A DNA stretch of 64,000 nt, from the NCBI GenBank assembly GCA_035221665.1, contig CM069156.1, forward strand, positions 17,050,001 through 17,114,000, written 5' to 3'. The notes under the pieces were generated by a model. That model was not told where the DNA came from. It saw only the letters and a list, made by a program, of their open reading frames with translations, and searched no databases. How positions within the stretch are numbered: the stretch's first letter is position 1; every line of letters begins with the position of its first letter. This DNA comes from Okamejei kenojei. Its lineage: Eukaryota. A program made the position numbers and the translations under genes. Shown piece after piece: positions 33,739-47,093 of this stretch.

Positions 33739-34886
33739 CCAGACTAAGTGGTAGTGGGAGTCACACGGGAGGCCTGGTCCCCCAACGCAACCCATTCCCC
33801 AACGCAATATTCCACCACTAACCCGTTCCCCCAATGTAATATTCCACCACTCACCCATAGCCCCTAAATGCGCAGGCGCGGCTCATTTCCCCTCCTCGCC
33901 GAACACTCCCTACCCCTCCTCTTCATATGTAGGAGGGAAGTTGGGTGTGTGGCGGGTAGGGGGTGGGGTGGGAGGAGAGTGTGTGGACGGGGAGGTAGGT
34001 GTGTGGGAGTTGTGTATGTGGGCGGAAGGGGTGTGGGAGGGAGGGAGGAGAGATGTAGGGAGGGGGAAAGGAGGGGTGTATGGTGTGGGGGGTGTTGGAG
34101 GGGGGTGTGCATGGGCGGGGGTGTGTGTGTGTGGGGCGATGTGCGTATGTGGGCGGGGGGAGGGGTGTGCAGGCAGGGGTGTTGTGGGGAGAGGGGTGTG
34201 TGGGCGGTGGGAGGGGTGTGGGGGTGGGGTGGTTGTGGGGGCGGGGGGCTGTGGGGGTTGTGAGGGCCGGAGGGGGTTGTGAGGGCGGGGGGGAGATGTG
34301 GGGGCGGAATTGTGGCTGGAATTGGCGGTGCGATGGGGACTTACAGCTGGGACTCACAGCGGGCATTGGTTGCTCTCCTCTGCCAGGATCAGAGTCTCCG
34401 CTTTCCATTTGGCGACATCTCCGACTCCGGGTTGGGCTGGGTCTCCGACTGGGCTGGGTCTCCCACGCTGGGCGGGGCTGGGCTGCGCAGGGCAGGGTCT
34501 CTGACGCTGGGCTGCTTGGGGCTGTGTCGCTTCGGGTCACTCCGAAAATTGTATCCGGTAAACCTCCGCCTGCCATCCTCAGCTCCAGTAAAGATGCGAT
34601 GGCACAGGCAGGGCGCACCATACCAGGGAGTGACAGGGGAAGAGACTAATCCCTGACTGGCACGAGAAGAAATCGATCTGCGCATGCGCGGTTTTTAAGA
34701 TTTTTAAAACCTCGTTAACTTTTACGACATTCAACCGATCGGAACGAAACTTGGTGCACTCACAGTACAGGATAACGGTGAGTGAACTGGCGAAAAATCG
34801 TAGTGCTGTCACGAACCGTTATTGCGCAAATAGAAAGACCGCAGAAACCGGAAGATAACATAATCAGAGTTTTAGTTATGTATTGA
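33739..34886 (-). mobile_element. Non-autonomous Helitron-type element with an internal G/T-rich low-complexity tract
   Basis: Minus strand reads A|TCAATACATAACTAAAA...CCACTTAGTCTGG|T: 5' TC, 3' CTRR, A/T insertion site, no TSD. The 3' region matches 45808-45880 and 46860-47029. Confidence 0.7.
33930..34310 (+). repeat. G-rich low-complexity tract (G-quadruplex-prone)
   Basis: Dense GGG runs separated by T/A. Confidence 0.9.
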
Positions 34887-35179
34887 TTTGCTGTTCTACT
34901 ATCATTAGCTGTCTAAGTTCATTACAGTAACTACAGCAACAAGGCTTAATGCGGACGGTTGGGTATGGTTACATTGTCTGATCTTGCATCAGTACCACCT
35001 CACGGTTCATAGCACGCATGGTTGTTCACACGTGTGATACTTTACACTGAACCTTAAAGGAATATCAGTGAAAGCTTAAAAGACGGCGAGCAGAATTTCA
35101 TCAATGATCGTCCACTTGGTGAGTGTGCTTGAGAAAGCCATACACCAAAGGGACTTCAGGGCATACCTTAGTCCAAGTT

Positions 35180-35730
35180 TGATTCTTATCCCTCTAAACC
35201 TTTCCTATCCATGTATCTGTCCAAATGTCTTTCAAATGTTGTTATAGTACCTGCTTTGACATTTCCTCAGGCAGCTCCTCCCACTGCCCTCTGCATGAAA
35301 AAGTTGCCCCTCAGGTTTCTCTTAAATCGTGCACCTCTCAACTAAAACTTATGTTTTTGGTTCCCCTACTCTAGGTAAAAGGACTGTACATTTACCCTAA
35401 CTCTCCTCTCATGATCTGATACGCCTCCATAAGATCACCTCTTTGCCTCCTGCAGTTTAGGAATAAAGTCCTAGCCTGCCCAACCTCTCCATTTCATTCA
35501 GGCCCTTACAACCTGGCAACATCCTCATGAATCTTCTCTGCACAATTTCCAGCTTAACAGCATCCTTCCTGTAGCAAAGTGATCAAAACTGAATACCATA
35601 CTCCAAATGTAGCCTCACCAACATCTTATACAACTGTAACATGACATGCCAACTTCTGTGCTCAATAACCCTAACAGATGAAACCCAATGTACTAAAACC
35701 TTTCTTGACCATCTATCTACCTGTGACGCC
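35180..35730 (-). mobile_element. CR1 3' part
   Basis: VMLQLYKMLVRLHLEYGIQF, followed by a downstream CR1 C-terminal region. Confidence 0.8.
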
Positions 35731-35923
35731 AGGTTCTTACTTGCTGCAGCTTTATAGGCACATTTATGCAACATGACAAATAATTTGCAATAAACAATAA
35801 TACCACAAATTATCAGTTAGCTATGTAACCAGACCAAACTGACGTACATAGTACAACCTGTAAAATGTCTAAAGTAGCCCATTGTTGAGGTAGGATTGTA
35901 GTTAGGGTTGTGCAAAGCGGTTC

Positions 35924-36971
35924 TTCTTCTTAAATGTCCATCATCTATGTTTCAAATGTTTGGCCAGGCTCTTGCATAGTGGACAGCCTTCTCATTTGCC
36001 ACCACTAGATCGTTCAGGCAGCATTGTTCACCAAGACGTGGGCACCTTAGTAGGTTTGGCGTGGATTGTACAGATGTTCCACATTCACATTCTGTGTCTG
36101 CCACATCTGCATTGCCCCATTTGTTCATATTGGTCTTGCATCGGCCCATCCCTGTACGAAGCCTATTGAGGGACTTCCAGGTCTTCCAGTCACAACTGTG
36201 ATCAGGTGGGAGCTGCTCCTTGGTTGGGATTGGCATCTTTACGTGGTGGTGGTTTTCACTGCATTTCTTTTCCTACAAGGCTAGTCTGGTTGCTTGAGGC
36301 GACTGTGACAGTGGCTGGACTGCGTGAAGGGAGCTCATCCTCGACTTCAGCCGTTTTGGGGCTGGGTGATGGGAGTGGCGGGTGTCCCCAACTTGCCTAC
36401 TACGTTCAGTTCTACCGGCAACTGATCTGCAGATTCCTGGTGGAGCAATACATGCAAGCTATCCACATCTGTTGGTTTTAGGCAGCCAGTGATGCCTCAG
36501 CAGCTGTCATTAAGGGTGGCATCAAATTTCTTTGCATGAGATGATCTCTCCCAAAACCGGCAAGCATACTCTGCAGCAGAGCAGCACAGCGCAAGAGCAG
36601 TTGACCGAAGTGTGGATGCATTGGTACCCCACCTCAAGATTGCCAGCTTGCATAGGAGGTTGTTCCTCATCCTCATTTTGCCCTTCACCCTTTGATGTGT
36701 TGCTTGAAGGTGATGGCTGGGTCCAAGGTGACCACAAGGTAGACAATGTGAGTCACAGTGTCTCAAAGGGACACATTTCCATGTTAAGGATAGCTTCCTC
36801 CCAGCTTTGTGATTACAAAGGTGAAGCAGGCTAACTTGGATCTTAGCAGGGTTTGCCTTCAGTTGGTTGTCCTTGTATTAGTTTGTCACGTTGTCTGAGG
36901 ATGCTGAGAGTAGCTTCTACCTCATCTATGTGAGTGCTCTGGGCTGCTATTCCAAGGTCGTTGGTGGCGTA
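35924..36971 (-). mobile_element. 5'-truncated Vingi/Ingi-clade LINE inserted in a Rex-type 3' remnant
   Basis: RNNLLCKL..WG..STLRSTALAL..SAAEY and WKSLNRLRTG.GR..KWG..CECG. (AAG)n tail. TSD AAAGCGGTTC/AAAGTGGTTC at 35914-35923 and 36972-36981. Confidence 0.85.
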
Positions 36972-37379
36972 AAAGTGGTTCAAGAGCCTAATAGTTGTGT
37001 AGAAACAGTTGCTCTTGAACATGAGGTAACAGTTCTCAGCTTCATTTTTCCTCATGGTATTAGCGAGATAAGAGCATAACCAGGATGCTTAGAGTCTTTG
37101 ATGACAATAGCTCCCTTCTAGAGACAACGCTTCCAGTAGATTCCTTTGATGGTGGTGCGGTCAATAGCCATTGTGGACTGGGCAATGTCCATTACTTTCT
37201 GGAGGTGTTGGCTTCACTGGTAGTTCATCCACCATCTTAAACATTCATATTCCCCCCCCCCCCCCCCCCATCAATATGGCTGCCCAGTATGTATGCATGT
37301 TCTGTGGGTGGAATTAATGACTTCCAACAATTACAATCATGCACATTGTTTAAGTGCAACTATTGGAGAATTTACCTTT

Positions 37380-37740
37380 GCAAGAATATTGTCTCCAGTT
37401 TTTTTACTGGGGCTCCTTGATGCCGCACTTGAAATGCAGCCTTGAAGTCAAGGGCAGTGATTCTCACCTTATCTCAGAAATTCAGTATATTAGTCCATGC
37501 TGGAACCAAGCCTGTGATTAAATTTGGAGTCGAGTATTCCTGGCAAAATTTACGCTGAGTAATGGTAAATAATTTATTGGTGAGAAAGTGCCACTTGATG
37601 GGATCATTAACAGCAAGTTCTATTGCTTTGCTAATGATTGAGAATAGGCCATGCAGCAATTAGCCAGATTGGATATGTCCTACATTTTGTAGACAAGGCA
37701 TACCTGGATAATTTCCCACAGAGCTGCTCCTCAATATGTC
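37380..37740 (-). mobile_element. Old CR1/L2-group RT fragment
   Basis: HFLTNKL..Q..F..STPNLITGLV.AW..VRITALDFKAAF. Confidence 0.6.
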
Positions 37741-37824
37741 CCTCTGCACTCTTTATTGACCATTAGTCATTGATGTCAGTGTTGAAATAGTTTAGCTAGA
37801 GGATGACTAATTACAGCATTTCTT

Positions 37825-38325
37825 ACCTAACAAAGGATGTAGTAGCATTGGAGGCAGTCCAAGGGAGATACATCAGGCTGGTCACAAAATGCTGGAGTAA
37901 CTCTGCAGGTCAGGCAGCATCTCTGGAGAAAAGGAATAGATGATGTTTCGGGTAGAGACAAATTTGTGATACATCAGGCTAGTTCCTGGAATGAGAGGAT
38001 TCTCCTGGAAGAGAGACAAGACAGTTTGGGTCAGTGTTCCTTGAATTTTAAAAGACTAAGGGGTAAACGTCTTAAGAGTATTTAAGATCCTAACAGATGC
38101 TTGACACGATAGAGGTTGATGTTTTCACTAGTAGGAGAGTCATAAACATGGAGATATTGGTGTGATACAAGTCAATCATTTAAAACTGAGGTGCATAGAA
38201 CATTTTCCTCTCAGGGGATGGTGAATCTCTCAGGGGAATTCCTGTCAGGAGGATAGATCTTTAAATATATTTTATGTGCAGTTAGATAAATATTTGTAAG
38301 ATCTGCGAATTAAAATCACATTTCA
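37825..38325 (+). mobile_element. Degenerate CR1 3' part with an 88-bp pLTR insert (37880-37967)
   Basis: KDVVALEAVQGRYIRL. TSD GATACATCAGGCT at 37867-37879 and 37968-37980. Confidence 0.7.
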
Positions 38326-38618
38326 TTAGTACGCAGATCTAAACATCCACATTTCCAAGGTTGTGCATATAATCCCAAAATCAGGAATACAATTTGGGAT
38401 AAAACATAAAATGCTGAAATACTCCACAGGTCAGGAACCACCTGCAGAGAAAGCAGCAGATTTTCAGGTCAGTAACCTTCCATCATTGCTGGAAGAAGTT
38501 AGTTCGGAATTTTTAAGTTCAAGAGAAAGAGCAGAAGGAAGTTCTTTAATGGGGTGGAGGCTGAGACTACGTCACTTGGAATAGTATTTCGGGGGGTTTC
38601 GTATGCAAGGTTAAGTAG

Positions 38619-41600
38619 AATAGTAAGATTAAACGAGAACTTACCTGTTCGAAGTTTGATCTTTATTTTATGAGGAGCTACAATGAGGGATTACATGAAG
38701 AAGCCCCGCCAGGCGCATGCGCGTCATATTTCAAAGCAGCGGCGTGAAAAACACAGAAACCGATAGCCAAAGTAAGATAGTAAGGCTTACAGAAGACTAG
38801 AACTACCAGATGAACCTTTAGATTGTGAGGGCCGGGAGCGGAGGGCATGTAATCCCTCATCGTAACTCCTCATAAAATAAAGATCAAACTTCGAACAGTA
38901 AATTCTCGTGTAATCTTACTATTCCACTTCGGAGTCACGTGAGTGACTACGTGAAGGTTTTAAAGCTCTGTGATTTTCATGCCGTAGATTCACTCCATAC
39001 GACACACTGCTTCAGTTGACACAGTAGTGAATAAATAATATATTGAACATTGTTTCAAATTATTCAATAACTATGTTAATAATAATAATAATAACAAGGA
39101 AAGTAATAACCCCTCTATCCCAGGGGAAAATTACAACAAATGATATGAAACAAATGATATGAAACAAAGCAAACAAATTGAACAGAACACAACACAGCAT
39201 GTGCAAACCCTGGCACTGTGACAACAGGTTTATCATAAAATCTAGAAAAAGTTACTTCTTTAAACCATCCTGCGGCCTCTAGAATTTGGTCGAGCGGCAC
39301 GTCCTGCGCCTTCGCCGCGAACATCGATGCCGCCCTTGTGGAGTTGAGATTTAAACACATGCGTGTGAACTCCAGCTAAATACAGAACCTGTTTTAACCA
39401 TCTAGAAATAGTTTGTACTGTCACTTTTTTCTTTCTTTTTTTTATGTTTTTATGTTTTTATGTTTTTTTTTGTGTGTTTTATTTTGTGGGTAATGAGCAT
39501 TGGTGTCTCACAATCTCGGAGACTTTTAGTTACTTCAATATATTCAGTCAGATGCTTAACCACACACAATGTTTGGTCGACAGGGTATGCTTTAAAGATT
39601 GCCTTGGTTCCAGCCTTTCCTGGCTTGCTTTGCTTGCTTAGATCATAGACATAAGAAGTAATTTTATCTACAGACAACTGCATACAATCTAACCACAACA
39701 TTTGTAATGTTTGTACTCATTATGCTGATACTAATGGCATGAGCATAACCACTTTAATATTAAGTTCTGAAAAGACAGTGACGTAATTGGAGCCCACTGC
39801 CAAAGCAATGTGAGAACTATACTGACATCCCAGATTTCTGTATATCTGGGTTTGGTAGGATTTTATTAAAATTCCTCTCATAAATCGGGATATTAACGGA
39901 TGAGACCCGATAGATTGTCGTTCTGAAAATTGTCCTAAATAGGAGGACAAAGTACTCAGAGCACTATTAATGGCAGTATAACTCAAGTGCAACATAGCAA
40001 GGAACTCCAATACATCCGATATGTTTGCAGTATGATAAAACATATCTGACTGTATACAAAAGATTTTGCATTTCCTTATATGAGACATATATTGTTTCTT
40101 AGTGCTATCTCTCCAAGCTGCAGTTATGACATCCATGGTCCTATCCGACAGTCCATCAGAACCTGCAGATTAACAATTAATACGATTATGTAATGGATGA
40201 CTTCTCCTGTACTGGATGTACCAACAATTACTGCAGCTGGGGATTGTCATGAATGGCTGAGGCATCATTCTGAGCACCAATGGGAACAATGGCTGTGTAG
40301 ATCAGTTTGGAACCAACGAACGCCTGCAGCGGAGTCTTGCTCTATTTTGGTGACATTGCCTAATCAGGCAAAATGGGGAAAACATAGAAGATTATACTTC
40401 CCCAATGTAGCAAGAATGCATCCACCGCTACTGCTCCTGGGTCTGGCTCCTATGAGACATATTTAGGCAACTGGAGATTTAATCTGGATGCAAACAGATC
40501 AATATTTGGTACCCATACCGACAATATTTTTGAAACTTCTGGATTTAACATCCATTCTGTATTGTCATTGAACTTTCGTGATCTGTTGTCTGCCACAATA
40601 TTGTCTCTCCCACAGCTGTGGTATTGTCTATTTGTAGTTGAACATGCAAGTCATTTATTGTGTAACAATAAGCTATCAATGCATAAAATGCCCCCAATAA
40701 CTCCAAATAATTGATACCATGTGTTTGGAGAATTAATCGTCTTGGACAGTCCATCGACCACCACAACTGGTGGCGCTGTCCTTACCTCCCCATCCGAGAG
40801 CACTCCCATCAGTTTGTAATACCACTGAAGGTTGCTGAACCAAAATATTTTCTAGTAGCTTGTGCAACATTGAGAATCCACCATTGCAATTCAGCTAAAG
40901 CTTTAGTTGGTAACTGCATGGACCTATCAAATGACCTGCATGCTTTTTATTTTATTTTATTTTATTTTTTTTTTTCTTCTTCTATGTATTTATTTATTTA
41001 TTTTATTTATTTTTTTTAAGTTTTTTTTTAAAATTTCTTTTTAGTGCTTGTCCTCTGACTCTTTGCAGACTTTGATAATGCAGAGGTCCAAACTCAACAG
41101 CAGGAATGCTGCTACCATTTTACCAATACCCGTAGCTACTTCTCGGATGGAGGGATAAGGTCTCTCAGCGAGACAAGTACAGGCATTTGTAATATCCCCA
41201 AACTTATCTGTTAGCAAGTTACTGACATATCAACTGAATTAATGACAAACCCCAAATAATCAATTGTTTGGGATGGCTGTAACTTAGATGTTGTTGGATG
41301 GACAGAAACCCTAGCCTTTCAAATAGGCTTATGGTCGCTGAAACCAGTTCTTCAGCTGTCTCCTGAGTGGCATTTACAATTAACATATCCTCTAGATAAG
41401 CCATTACAATGTGATTCTGAGCCCTCAGTAACACCAGTGCTGGTTTCAATAATTTTGTGAACAGCCTGAGAGCTGAAGTTAACCCATTAGGTAATTCTTT
41501 AAATTGCCTCAGCTGACCCATCCAATTAATTTAAAATACCTGTGATAATGATGAATTGGTACTGAATAATAAGGTATCTTTTTTTTTAGGTCTATAGTAG

Positions 41601-43568
41601 CCATATAGCAGCCTTGTGATAACAACAGTGTTACAGTGTTGAAGGTGTACTTTTTTAAATGCCTATACTGAACATATGAATTAAAGTTTGTGAGGTCCAG
41701 AATGACTCTGCAACCCCCATCTTCTTCTGTCTGGGAATATATTTTCTACCTGACGAGTTTCTGGTGCAGCAAACACCAAACCGATCAAATATTATGCAGC
41801 ATCATTCATTATAAAAAAATTGTAATCTTACACCCAACCAGAGGTTGTACCCCAGAAGTTCTATCTGTGATGGAATTAAATTCCTGTACCTCCGTAAATG
41901 AACTAGAAGATCTCCTTCTCCCAATATAAGGGTTGATGTGGGCTGTATTGGGTATAATACGTTGTACCCATTTCCCTGCCTCTGCTGGTCTCCCAGAATC
42001 AAACCCCCTTCGTATTCAACCTGCTCGTTTTCTCAGAGCAGGGATGAGAAGTTTTATAAGGCAAATATCCTGAATTGTTTTGACAGATTTTCACCAATAA
42101 TTAATCTGGTTATTGTTTGCCCTACATAGTCCTGCATTTTTTTGGTATAATGTTGGCCAAATGGCAATTTTCATCATACAATTAGGTTCGAAAAGGCATT
42201 GCAGAGTAACGCAAGCATGTCTTTATAAGTTTTGGACATTATCGACCCTTGTATGTCTTCCCTAAATGTAGTGATGCCAACTGGTATCAGCTAGAGGACA
42301 TGCTGGAAACACATTTCCTGCCCTCACATCGTTACAGTCATGGGTGCCCAAATTACTGAGTTCACTGTTGGCACCCTGAGCGAGGCACAATAGACGGGTG
42401 TTTTATATATATTTTTTTTACTGTTTCAGTCATAACAGTTTCTTGGAGCAGGTGAGAAACCAAATAAATGTTGGCAGCCAGGTCTCATCCATAGCCTCAC
42501 CAGTCCTTACCAATATAGCAAAACTTGATGCTACATCGGGAACACCCGGAGAGTGGCTCTTGTGCTCTAGTGTATACACATAAGTAGGGACACTAGCTTC
42601 AGGGTCAGTCTCCTCCTGCCCTGGTACTCCCGAGTCGTTCTCTAGGGAGACCTCATCCAGATGTAAACAAGGCACTGGAGAGTCAGATTCCTATTTTTTA
42701 ACAGGCACCATACTCAGTGTATGGAACTCCTTCAGAGGTTGCCTGGGAATCTCTGGGTCTTTGGACCCTTGACTGATTAAAGTTTGGAGCATTTTAGTCT
42801 TGCTCTAGGGAGACCTCATCCAGACCTAACAAGGCACTGGAGAGTCAGATTCCCATTTTTAACAGGCACCATACACAGTGTATGGAACTCCTTTGGAGGC
42901 TGCCTGGGAATCTTTGGGTCTTTGGACCCTTGACTGAGTAAAGTGTGGAGCATTTTCTCCATTTCTAGTCTCCCCCACATTCTTGTCCTCTCTTGGAGGA
43001 GAGTTACTTTCTTTTACATTTTCTTGTGTATTTGTGCATAAACCATATATGTTCATGTTTAGAATTATAGATTCTGACAGGCACATTCTGCTTGCAGAAT
43101 ATTTGTATTAATCTCAGTATCACACAGATCATACACATCAAACTAAGGAAACTGCATCTGGTAACACATACTCAGAGCAGACCTTGTAGACTTCCTATCG
43201 TTGTGGCCTCAGCCCGTGCTACTCTAGAGCAGCTGGAGGGTTATTAACTACGGAAATAACGGCCACCGGTATCGGAACTGGCACCGCACTTATCTATTTT
43301 CCCGATCGCTGCGATGGGACCGCAATGCTGCGTGAACCACGCTTGCTCCTCCCGCTGTATCACAGGCTCCTGCTGACTCACAAACCAGCCTAACGGAGCT
43401 TAAGTCTCGCTGGAAAGTTTTAAAACACTTACCTGCAAGGTTTTCTACTTACCGCTGGTGGAGCTGCGCTCTCCAGCTCCGTTCAATGCGACATGCGTCG
43501 ACGTAATGACGCGCATGCGCCTGGCGGGGCTTCTTCACGTAGTCACTCACGTGACTCCGACATAAAAT
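38619..43568 (-). mobile_element. DIRS1-type retrotransposon, full length, decayed (DIRS copy 2, different family)
   Basis: Same terminal AATAGTAAGATTAAACGAGAACTTACC as copy 1. ICR ~38846-38957 is complementary to both ends. ITR 38697-38727/43506-43537. RT (LPNGLTSA..AYLEDMLI), RNase H (INYLEL, IDNTTAV) and YR (DVLEFL..LSYTAINSA, STRAAS..ILEAAGW..TFSRFY) remnants. Confidence 0.92.
42640..42956. repeat. ~160-bp tandem duplication in the gag region of DIRS copy 2
   Basis: CTCTAGGG(G)AGACCTCATCCAGA...GGAGCATTTT at 42640-42795 and 42803-42956. Confidence 0.85.
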
Positions 43569-43717
43569 TTCTATTTTAAGTCATGGTGGAGAGAATTCAC
43601 CTGATGTTTCGCCGACTTTCCATTCTCATTTAAATGTGATTTAAATTCTCTGATCTTACAAATATTTACCTAACTCCATCTTAAATATATTTAATGATCT
43701 ATGAATTTGGTTTGATT

Positions 43718-44463
43718 TTTTGATTTGATTCAATTTATTGTCATTGCACTTTTCAGAACAACGAAATGGTTTAGCCTGCAGTCATAACATAGAATATATA
43801 ACAAAACATACACTCAACGCAGATTTTACATCCACCACAGTGAGTCCACCAGGCACCTCCTCACTATGATGGAAGGCAAAAGTCTTAAGTCTTTGGCTCT
43901 TCCCTCCTTGCTCTCCCTCTGCGCTGAGGCGATCCAGGCCTCCGATGTTGTGACACCGCCGGGTGATGGTAAGCAAGTCCCGCGGCTGAATCCGAGCTCC
44001 GCGAACGGGCCGGTTCAAACTCCGCGGCCCGGGACGGTCGAAGCTGCCGCCCTCCAATCCAGCGGATGCAGCTGTTGTTGCGGGACTTCCTGTGACCTGC
44101 GAGCTCCCGACGTTGATGTCGTCCACTGGCCCGCGGTCAAGCCTCCGAGGCTCCGAATTCGGGTCGCAACGCCACCACAGCCCCGAAGTCGGCCAGCCTC
44201 GCGTTGGTAAGTCCTGGCTCGAGGTCGGTCCCAGTTGGAGGCCGCCAGCTCCACGATGGGCCTCAGCGGAGACGGAAATGGGGGATACGGCAAGAAAGGT
44301 CGCATCCCCCCGAAGGAAGAGTCAAAAAACATATTTCACCAACCCCCCCACACATACACAACTAAAATAAACCAAAATGAACTGAAACAACGGGACAAAA
44401 GAAAACAAAAAAAGAAAAGACAAACGGACTGCAGGCAAGCTGCAGCTGCAAGGCAGCGCCGCC
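43718..44463 (-). mobile_element. GC-rich non-autonomous retroelement (probably Rex1/Babar-derived)
   Basis: Minus strand starts GGCGGCGCTGCC, is CpG-rich and ends GACAATAAATTGAATCAAATCAAA, like the Rex-type 3' tails in this window. Confidence 0.5.
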
Positions 44464-45544
44464 CCTTCCGTTTAGGGGGAAGGGGGCAGTAAAACCCAAA
44501 TTACTATTTGGTGTCATTGTGGATCTTGCTTCTGCAGGCTAAATGCTATCTGGCTTCCCAACCAAAGCACCCAACTCTGAACTCCACTGGAAGTCCCTGA
44601 GGACGTGATCAGGTTCCTGTTGATCACATCTTTCTTCTTCATCCACTGACCACTAATGCCCAGGATCAGGTTTGAACTCTTCTACAGTACTCCTCCCTCA
44701 CAGTCCCACTCACATGTTTGTGACATAATATGTGTGTGGAATGTTAATGAATTGCAGGAAACAATGGAATATGCAGCACCTCTAGAGAGCAGGTGGGAAA
44801 CAAACAGGAATAGGTTCACACATTTGTTCTATCACCAGTTCCAGAACACAGGCACATTTCATTACTCACAAAATACATCATCCTTTAATCTTTGGCTCAG
44901 TATAAAATTCAGTATTTTTAAAGATTACAAACCCGACTGTCTCACTTGGCAAAAGGCTGAATTACCATCAGCCTGTCCTGGGAGCAGTATAATTACGTTC
45001 TTTCATCTCGACATGAAGTTTGATTGGATGACTGATGGCTCCCTGTGTAGGCAGTAATTATTCATGGCAGGAGCAACATATTCTAAACTGGCTTTCAGCT
45101 GTTGCTCATTACAGCTCTCCCTCTGGACTCTCTCTTCGCTTATTCTCCCTCTAGTGGAGTGTGCCATCTTCTCTGCTAGTCAGTTTCTTAATCCCTTAAA
45201 ATCCATAAATGCCTTCCCGTATTCCTTCCTTGCACTTTGATGTTAAATCTCTATGTACTCCCACATCATTTTAATTCTGTTCCGCTTTGGGGAATAAATA
45301 CTGCTTGAACCTTTTGTGTTGTGGTTGCCAAGCACAGTACCTGGGCTTCTTTTGCACCCAGATTACCAATTTACCCAACCAACTCTTTCCCACGACTTGA
45401 TGTGGCATAACATCTTGCCCGTCTTATTTAGCTTTTAAAAATCACACGTGGCATTTCTTTCCCATTGCATCCCAAATGACACATGCAGAACAATTGTCTT
45501 TTACTCTGTTTCCTTTTATACAATCTACTTTCAGTCCTCTTTGT

Positions 45545-45765
45545 TTAGCTGAGTTTAGAAATACAGCATTTAAAGGGGCCCTTTAGCCCAATGAGTCAGC
45601 GCTGACTATCGATCACCCGTTTACACCGGTTCTATGTTCTCCCACGTTCTCATCATCTCCCTACGTGACTGGGACAATTTTACAGAGGCCAATCAACCTA
45701 TAAAGCTGCATATCTTTGGGAAGTGGGAGGAAAGCGGAGCACCGAGGAAACCCACGCAGTCAAAA
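45545..45765 (-). mobile_element. V-SINE 3' part
   Basis: TTTAG tail region, GGGACAATTTTACAGAGGCCAAT and GTGGGAGGAAA core. Confidence 0.7.
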
Positions 45766-45807
45766 GTCATATGTCCCAGATGGAACAATGAAATTCTTAC
45801 TTGTATA

Positions 45808-47029
45808 CTAGACTAAGTGGGACCCGTTGGGTCCCAGCATCACATGGGAGGGCTGGTCCCCCAACGCAATATTCCACCTCTCCACCAATTCCAATATTGG
45901 TGGCCAGTGGGGGGTGGGGCTTGGCTTTCTGGAGCGCTGGTATGGGTGTTGTGGACTGAAGGGACAGTTCAGGTGCAGTTTCATACCATTTCAAGCAGGG
46001 TGCAAGGCCACTAAAGATAGCGAGTCATGACCTCTCCCCCCTCCACCTAAGGGGCAAAGCCTTCATGGCATGATTGACAAGAGAGAGAATCTCAACATTT
46101 TTAAACACCAGGGACGGGCCGCGCAGCAGCTGATCTGGAGTGGGCAGAGGGAGGGAGGGAAGGAAAGTCGGGTTGCAGGGTGGGCGAGTAGTTTGCGCGG
46201 AGTTTGAGTAACTCGCACACACACACTCATACGATGCAAACTGGTCCAATCATCAAGTCAACAGGATATAAACCACAGCTAACAATGAATGACCTGTGGT
46301 GGAAGGAACTGCAGATGCTGCTTTTTATGGATGGATGGAGGGAGGGAGGGAGGGAGGGAGGGAGGGAGGGAGGGAGGGAGGTCGTGACTGAGGAAAGGGG
46401 AAAGGAGAGGGAGGGAGAGGGGTGGAAGGATTGGGGGAGGGGAAAGATCCTGGGGAGGTGAGGAGGGAGAATGCGGGGATTGAGGGAGACAAAGGGGTAG
46501 GGAGGGAGAGGGGGAAAGTGGGGGAGGTGAGGAGAGTGGGGGATGAGGGGAAATAAAGGGAGGGGGGATGGGGGGAGGTAGGAAGTGGGGGAGGTATGGA
46601 GTGGGAATTAGAGGGAGAGGAGGGCAGTGGGGGAGGTCAGGAGGGATAGTGGGGGGGATAGGGGAGGTGAGGAGTGGGGGATATAGGAGGGGGGGTAGGG
46701 AGGGGAGATGAGTTATGGAGGGAGGGAGGGAGTGACTGAGGGTAGGGGAAAGGAGATGGAGGGAGAGGTGAGGGAGGGATTGGGGAGGGGAGGAGAGAGG
46801 GGAAAGAAGAGGGAGGGTGAAGTGGAAGGGGAGGGAGTGCCGGGGGATGAAGGGAATTGGGCTGTGCCTGCACTGTTAGGGGCTATGCGTGAGTGGTGCA
46901 ATATTCCGATGGGGGGACAGGTTGCATTGGGGGAACGGGTGAGTGGTGGAATATTGCATTGGGGAACGGGTTGCGTTGGGGGACCAGGCCTCCCGTGTGA
47001 CAGGGATCAACGGGACCCACGTAGTCTAG
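45808..47029. mobile_element. Composite of two Helitron-type 3' ends facing outward, with a purine-rich tract
   Basis: Left end (minus strand): GGGACCC-AAC-GGGTCCC hairpin (45819-45835) then CTAG|T. Right end (plus strand): GGGATCAACGGGACCCACGTAGTCTAG|T. Confidence 0.65.
46330..46850 (+). repeat. (GGGA)n / G-A-rich polypurine tract
   Basis: Directly visible in the sequence. Confidence 0.9.
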
Positions 47030-47093
47030 TTCTTACTTTAATTCCATCGCCCTTAATCACCTTCACATACTGTGCTATCCTGTCAGAGTGTAT

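Noticed and set aside
33864-34685. Gly/Pro-rich ORFs (also 46637-47142)
   Set aside because: They are translations of low-complexity G-rich tracts.
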